Positions 60,298 to 64,000 of a stretch of 64,000 bases of DNA are shown here, one piece after another. The first letter of the stretch is position 1; the number at the start of each line of letters is the position of its first letter. Location of the stretch: the NCBI RefSeq assembly GCF_039654945.1, contig NW_027361896.1:2356001-2420000 (forward strand), read 5' to 3'. The notes beneath the pieces are model-generated. The model was not told the DNA's origin and did no database searches. It saw nothing but the letters and a program-made list of their open reading frames with translations. The position numbers and the translations under genes were made by a program. Source of the DNA: Dendrobates tinctorius. Taxonomy: Eukaryota.

Positions 60298-61536
60298 ATA
60301 TTTGGTACAGAAACCTTTGTTTGTAGTTGCAGGGGTCAGACATTTCATGTAGTTTTTGACCAAGTTTGCACACACTGCAACAGGCATTTTGTCCCGCTTC
60401 CCCATACAAACGTTCAGATCTTTCAGCTTTTGGGGCTTTCACTGGGCAATATTGAGTTTCAGCTCCCTCTAAAGTTTTTCTATTGGGTTCAGGTCTTGTA
60501 ATCACAAGACCTGAACCCAATAGAAAAACTTTAGAGGGAGCTGAAACTCAATATTGCCCAGTGAAAGCCCCAAAAGCTGAAAGATCTGAACCATGACTAG
60601 GCTAGGCCTCTCCAGGACCTTTTAAATGTTTCTTTTGGAACCACTCCTTAATTGCCCTGATTGTGTTTTTCGGGTGATTGTCATGGTGGAAGTCTCACCC
60701 ATGACCCATCTTCAATGCTCTTACTGAGGGAAGGAGGTCATTGACCAAAATAACGTGATACGTGGCACCATCCATTCTCGCTTCAATACAGTGCAGTTGT
60801 CCTGTCCCCTTTGCAGAAAAGCACCCCCAAAGTATGATATTTCACCCACCATGTTTCATGGTTGGGATGATGTTCTTGGGGTTGTACTTCTGGGGTTGTA
60901 CCCCTCTTTCCTCCGAATATGGCGAGTGGAGTAAATACCATAAAGTTTTATTTTGGTCTCATCTTGCCACATGATCTTCTCCCATTCCTCCTCTGGATAA
61001 TCCAGATGGTCATTGGCTAAAGGGCCTAGACATGTGCTGGCGTGACCATGGGAACCTTGCGTGTCCTGCAGGATTTTAAGCCATGAAGGGTTTGAAACTG
61101 TGGTCCCAGCTCTCTTGATATCATTGACCAGGTTCTCTCGTGTAGTTCTGGATGATTCCTGACCTTTCTCAGAATCCTCCTTGCCTCAGGAGGTGAGATG
61201 TTGCATGGAGACCCAGAAGATTGACAGTCATATTGTGTTACTTCCATTATCTAATAATTATAGCAATAGTTGTTGCCTTCCCACCAAGCTGCTTGTCTAT
61301 TGTCATGTAGCCCATCTCAGCCTTGTGCATGTCTACAATTTTGTCCCAGGAGGTCTTAAACAGCTATTTAGTATTGGCCATGGTGGAGAGGTTGGAGTGT
61401 GATTTAATGTGTGTGGACAGGTTTTTTTTATACAGGTAACGAGATCAAACATGTGCAATTAATACAGAGAATAAATTAAAAACGAACAGGTCTGCGAGAG
61501 CCAGAATTCTTACTGGTTGTTAGGTGATCGAATACT
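60298..61536 (-). mobile_element. Decayed Tc1 with a local inverted duplication
   Basis: Remnants of [19 protein letters not shown] and MANTK. Confidence 0.75.
60413..60590. repeat. Perfect inverted repeat (87-bp arms, 4-nt loop)
   Basis: 60413-60499 is the exact reverse complement of 60504-60590. Confidence 0.95.
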
Positions 61537-61538
61537 TA

Positions 61539-61976
61539 CAGATGCATCTCACAAAATTAGAATATCATCAAAAAGTTAATTTATTTCAGTTCTTCAATAC
61601 AAAAAGTGAAACACATATATTATATAGTCATTACTAACAAAGTTATTTCAAGTGTTTATTTCTGTTAATGTTGAGGATTATGGCTTACAAAAAATGAACA
61701 CTCAAGCATCACTATCTCACTAATTAAAATACTTTATAACACTAGCTTGAAAAAATGATTTTAAAATCCAAAATATTGGCCTACTGAAATGTATGTCGGG
61801 GCTTCTTTGGCATCAATTACTGCATCAATGTGGCGTGGTCATGGAGACCTGTGGCACTGCTGAGGTGTTATGGAACCCCAGGTTGCCTTGACAGCAGCGT
61901 TCAGCTCGTCTGCATTGTTGGGTCTGGTGTCTCATCTTCCTCTTGACAATACCCCATAGATTCTCTATGGGGTTAA
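61539..61976 (-). mobile_element. Tc1 3' fragment cut by the L2
   Basis: TA-CAGATGCATCTCACAAAATTAGAATATC terminus; LNPIENLWGIVKRKMR. Confidence 0.8.
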
Positions 61977-64000
61977 GATTATTATTTATTGTTATAGCGC
62001 CATTTATTCCATGGCGCTTTACATGTATGGAGGGGTATACATAAAAAAGTACAATAATGTTAAACAATACAAGTCATAACTGGTACAGGAGGAGAGAGGA
62101 CCCTGCCCGCGAAGGCTCACAATCTACAAGGGATTGGTGAGAATACAGTAGGCGAGGGTAGAGCTGGTCATGCAGCGGTTTGGTCGATCGGTGGTTACTG
62201 CAGGTTATAGGCTTGTCGGAAGAGTTGGGTCTTCAGGCTCTTTTTGAAGGTTTCGATGGTAGGCGAGAGTCTGATTTGTTGTGGTAGAGCGTTCCAGAGT
62301 AGGGGTGATGCGCGAGAGAAATCTTGTATGCGATTGTGGGAAGAGGAGATAAGAGGGGAGTAGAGAAGGAGATCTTGTGAGGATCGGAGGTTGCGTGCAG
62401 GAAAGTACCGGGAGACGAGGTCACAGATGTATGGAGGAGACAGGTTGTGGATGGCTTTGTTTGTCATGGTTAGGGTTTTGTACTGGAGTCTCTGGGCAAT
62501 GGGGAGCCAGTGAAGGGATTGACAGAGGGGAGAAGCTAGGGAATAGCGGAGGGACAGGTGGATTAGTCGGGGGGGAGGGGTGCGAGAGTGTTCGAGGGGA
62601 GGTCACAGAGCAGGATGTTGCAGTAGTCAAGGCGAGAGAATGAGGGCATGGACTAGGGTTTTTGCAGATTTTTGGTTGAGGAATGAGCGGATTCGTGAAA
62701 TATTTTTGAGTTGAAGTCAGCAGGAAGTGGAAAGGGCTTGGATATGTGGTTTGAAGGATAGATCAGCGTCAAGGATTACCCCGAGGCAGCGAGCTTGTGG
62801 GACTGGGGAGAGTGGGCAGCCATTTACCGTAATGGATAGGTTCGTTGGGGGGGGTCACATGAGATGGGGGAAAGATGATGAATTCTGTTTTGTCCATGTT
62901 AAGTTTCAGAAATCTAGCGGAGAAGGATGAAATAGTGGACAGACATTGAGGGATTCTGGTTAGTAGGGAGGTGATATCTGGTCCAGAGATGTAGATCTGT
63001 GTGTCATCAGCATAGAGGTGATACTGAAAGCCATGAGATTCTATGAGCTGTCCCAGGCCAAAGGTGTAAATGGAGAAGAGCAGGGATCCTAGGACTGAAC
63101 CTTGTGGGACTCCGACAGATAGGGGGCGAGGTGAGGAGGTGGTGTGTGAGTGGGAGACGCTGAATGTCCGGTCTGTTGGGTATGATGAGATCCAGGATAG
63201 GGCCAAGTCTGTGATGCCAAGGGATGAGAGGGTCTGTAATAATAGGGAATGGTCCACTGTGTCAAAGGCAGCTGACAGGTCCAGGAGGAGGAGGACAGAG
63301 TAATGTCGCTTGCTCTTGGCGGTCATTGGTGACCTTAGTAAGGGCAGTTTCAGTGGAGTGGCGTGGAGTGGCGTGACCGGAAGCCAGATTGTAAGCGGTT
63401 GAAGAGGGAGCAAGAAGAGAGATGGGAGGACAGTTCAAGGTAGACGTGTTGTTCCAGTAGCTTGGAGGCATAGGGGAGAAGTGATATAGGGCGATAGCTA
63501 GATACAGAGGTTGGGTCAAGAGAGGACTTTTTGAGGATAGGTGTGATGGAGGGATGTTTAAAGCTTGAGGGGAAAACACCAGTTGTTAGTGATAGGTTGA
63601 AGAGATGGGTTAGGGTTGGGATGAAGGCTGTGGTGAGGTTTGGGATGAAGTGGGAAGGGATCGGATCAAGTGCACATGTGGTGAGATGTGATCTTGAGAG
63701 TAGTGGAGAGTCGATCTTCTGTAATGGTGGAGAAGTTGGTTTTGGAGGTGGAGGGCTGGGAAGTTGGGAGGAGGGGCTCTGGGGGTTGTTGACCAAAACT
63801 CTCTGTTATCAATCTTCTGCTTGAAAAATGAGGCAAAGTCTTCAGCTGAGATGAGTGGGGAGGGAGAAGGTGCTGGGGGACGGAGGAAAGAATTGAAGGT
63901 GTTGAATAACTGTTTAGGGTTGTGAGACAGGGAGGATATGAGAGATGAGAAGTAGGTTTGTTTAGCTGTGGCGAGTGTGGTCTTGAAAGTAGTGAGGGAC
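61977..64000 (-). mobile_element. L2-clade LINE 3' part (degenerate RT)
   Basis: [36 protein letters not shown]; 3' stem-loop and (AAT)n tail at 61977-62025. Confidence 0.9.

Noticed and set aside
1-64000. tRNA, rRNA or further hammerhead genes
   Set aside because: None recognisable by eye. The only tRNA-like match is the 18-nt PBS, and the other CTGATGA occurrences I checked lack GAAA and closing stems. A covariance-model scan would be needed to exclude them.

Overview
This is vertebrate genomic DNA, most likely from a frog (inferred from the transposon repertoire), and nearly all of it is nested transposable elements. I find one host coding exon (53827-54004, + strand), which resembles TEX10/Ipi1, so the rest of the window is probably very large introns. 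Retroelements: the 3' end and LTR of a chromodomain Gypsy; a Penelope-like element (RT plus GIY-YIG) with an inverted 5' copy and a minimal hammerhead ribozyme; an L1 3' fragment; a fragmented Ngaro tyrosine-recombinase element with an SGNH-hydrolase ORF; a full-length CR1 LINE with an open 982-codon ORF2; a complete DIRS1 split by a complete Gmr1-type Gypsy (integrase before RT); three solo LTRs with target-site duplications (TSDs); and an L2 3' part. DNA transposons: several Tc1 elements (one a fold-back made of two 5' halves, one probably DD37E/TRT), piggyBac-like TTAA elements with internal telomere-like repeats, Kolobok/T2, Harbinger and hAT MITEs, and a non-autonomous Helitron. The most notable observations are a correctly phased U_UUA_AAC -1 frameshift heptamer at the CR1 ORF1/ORF2 junction, the Penelope hammerhead, the fold-back Tc1, a perfect 87-bp-stem hairpin, a Ngaro hydrolase with a splice acceptor, and the divergent TEX10-like exon. 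All family calls come from motif recognition by eye; no database searches were run.
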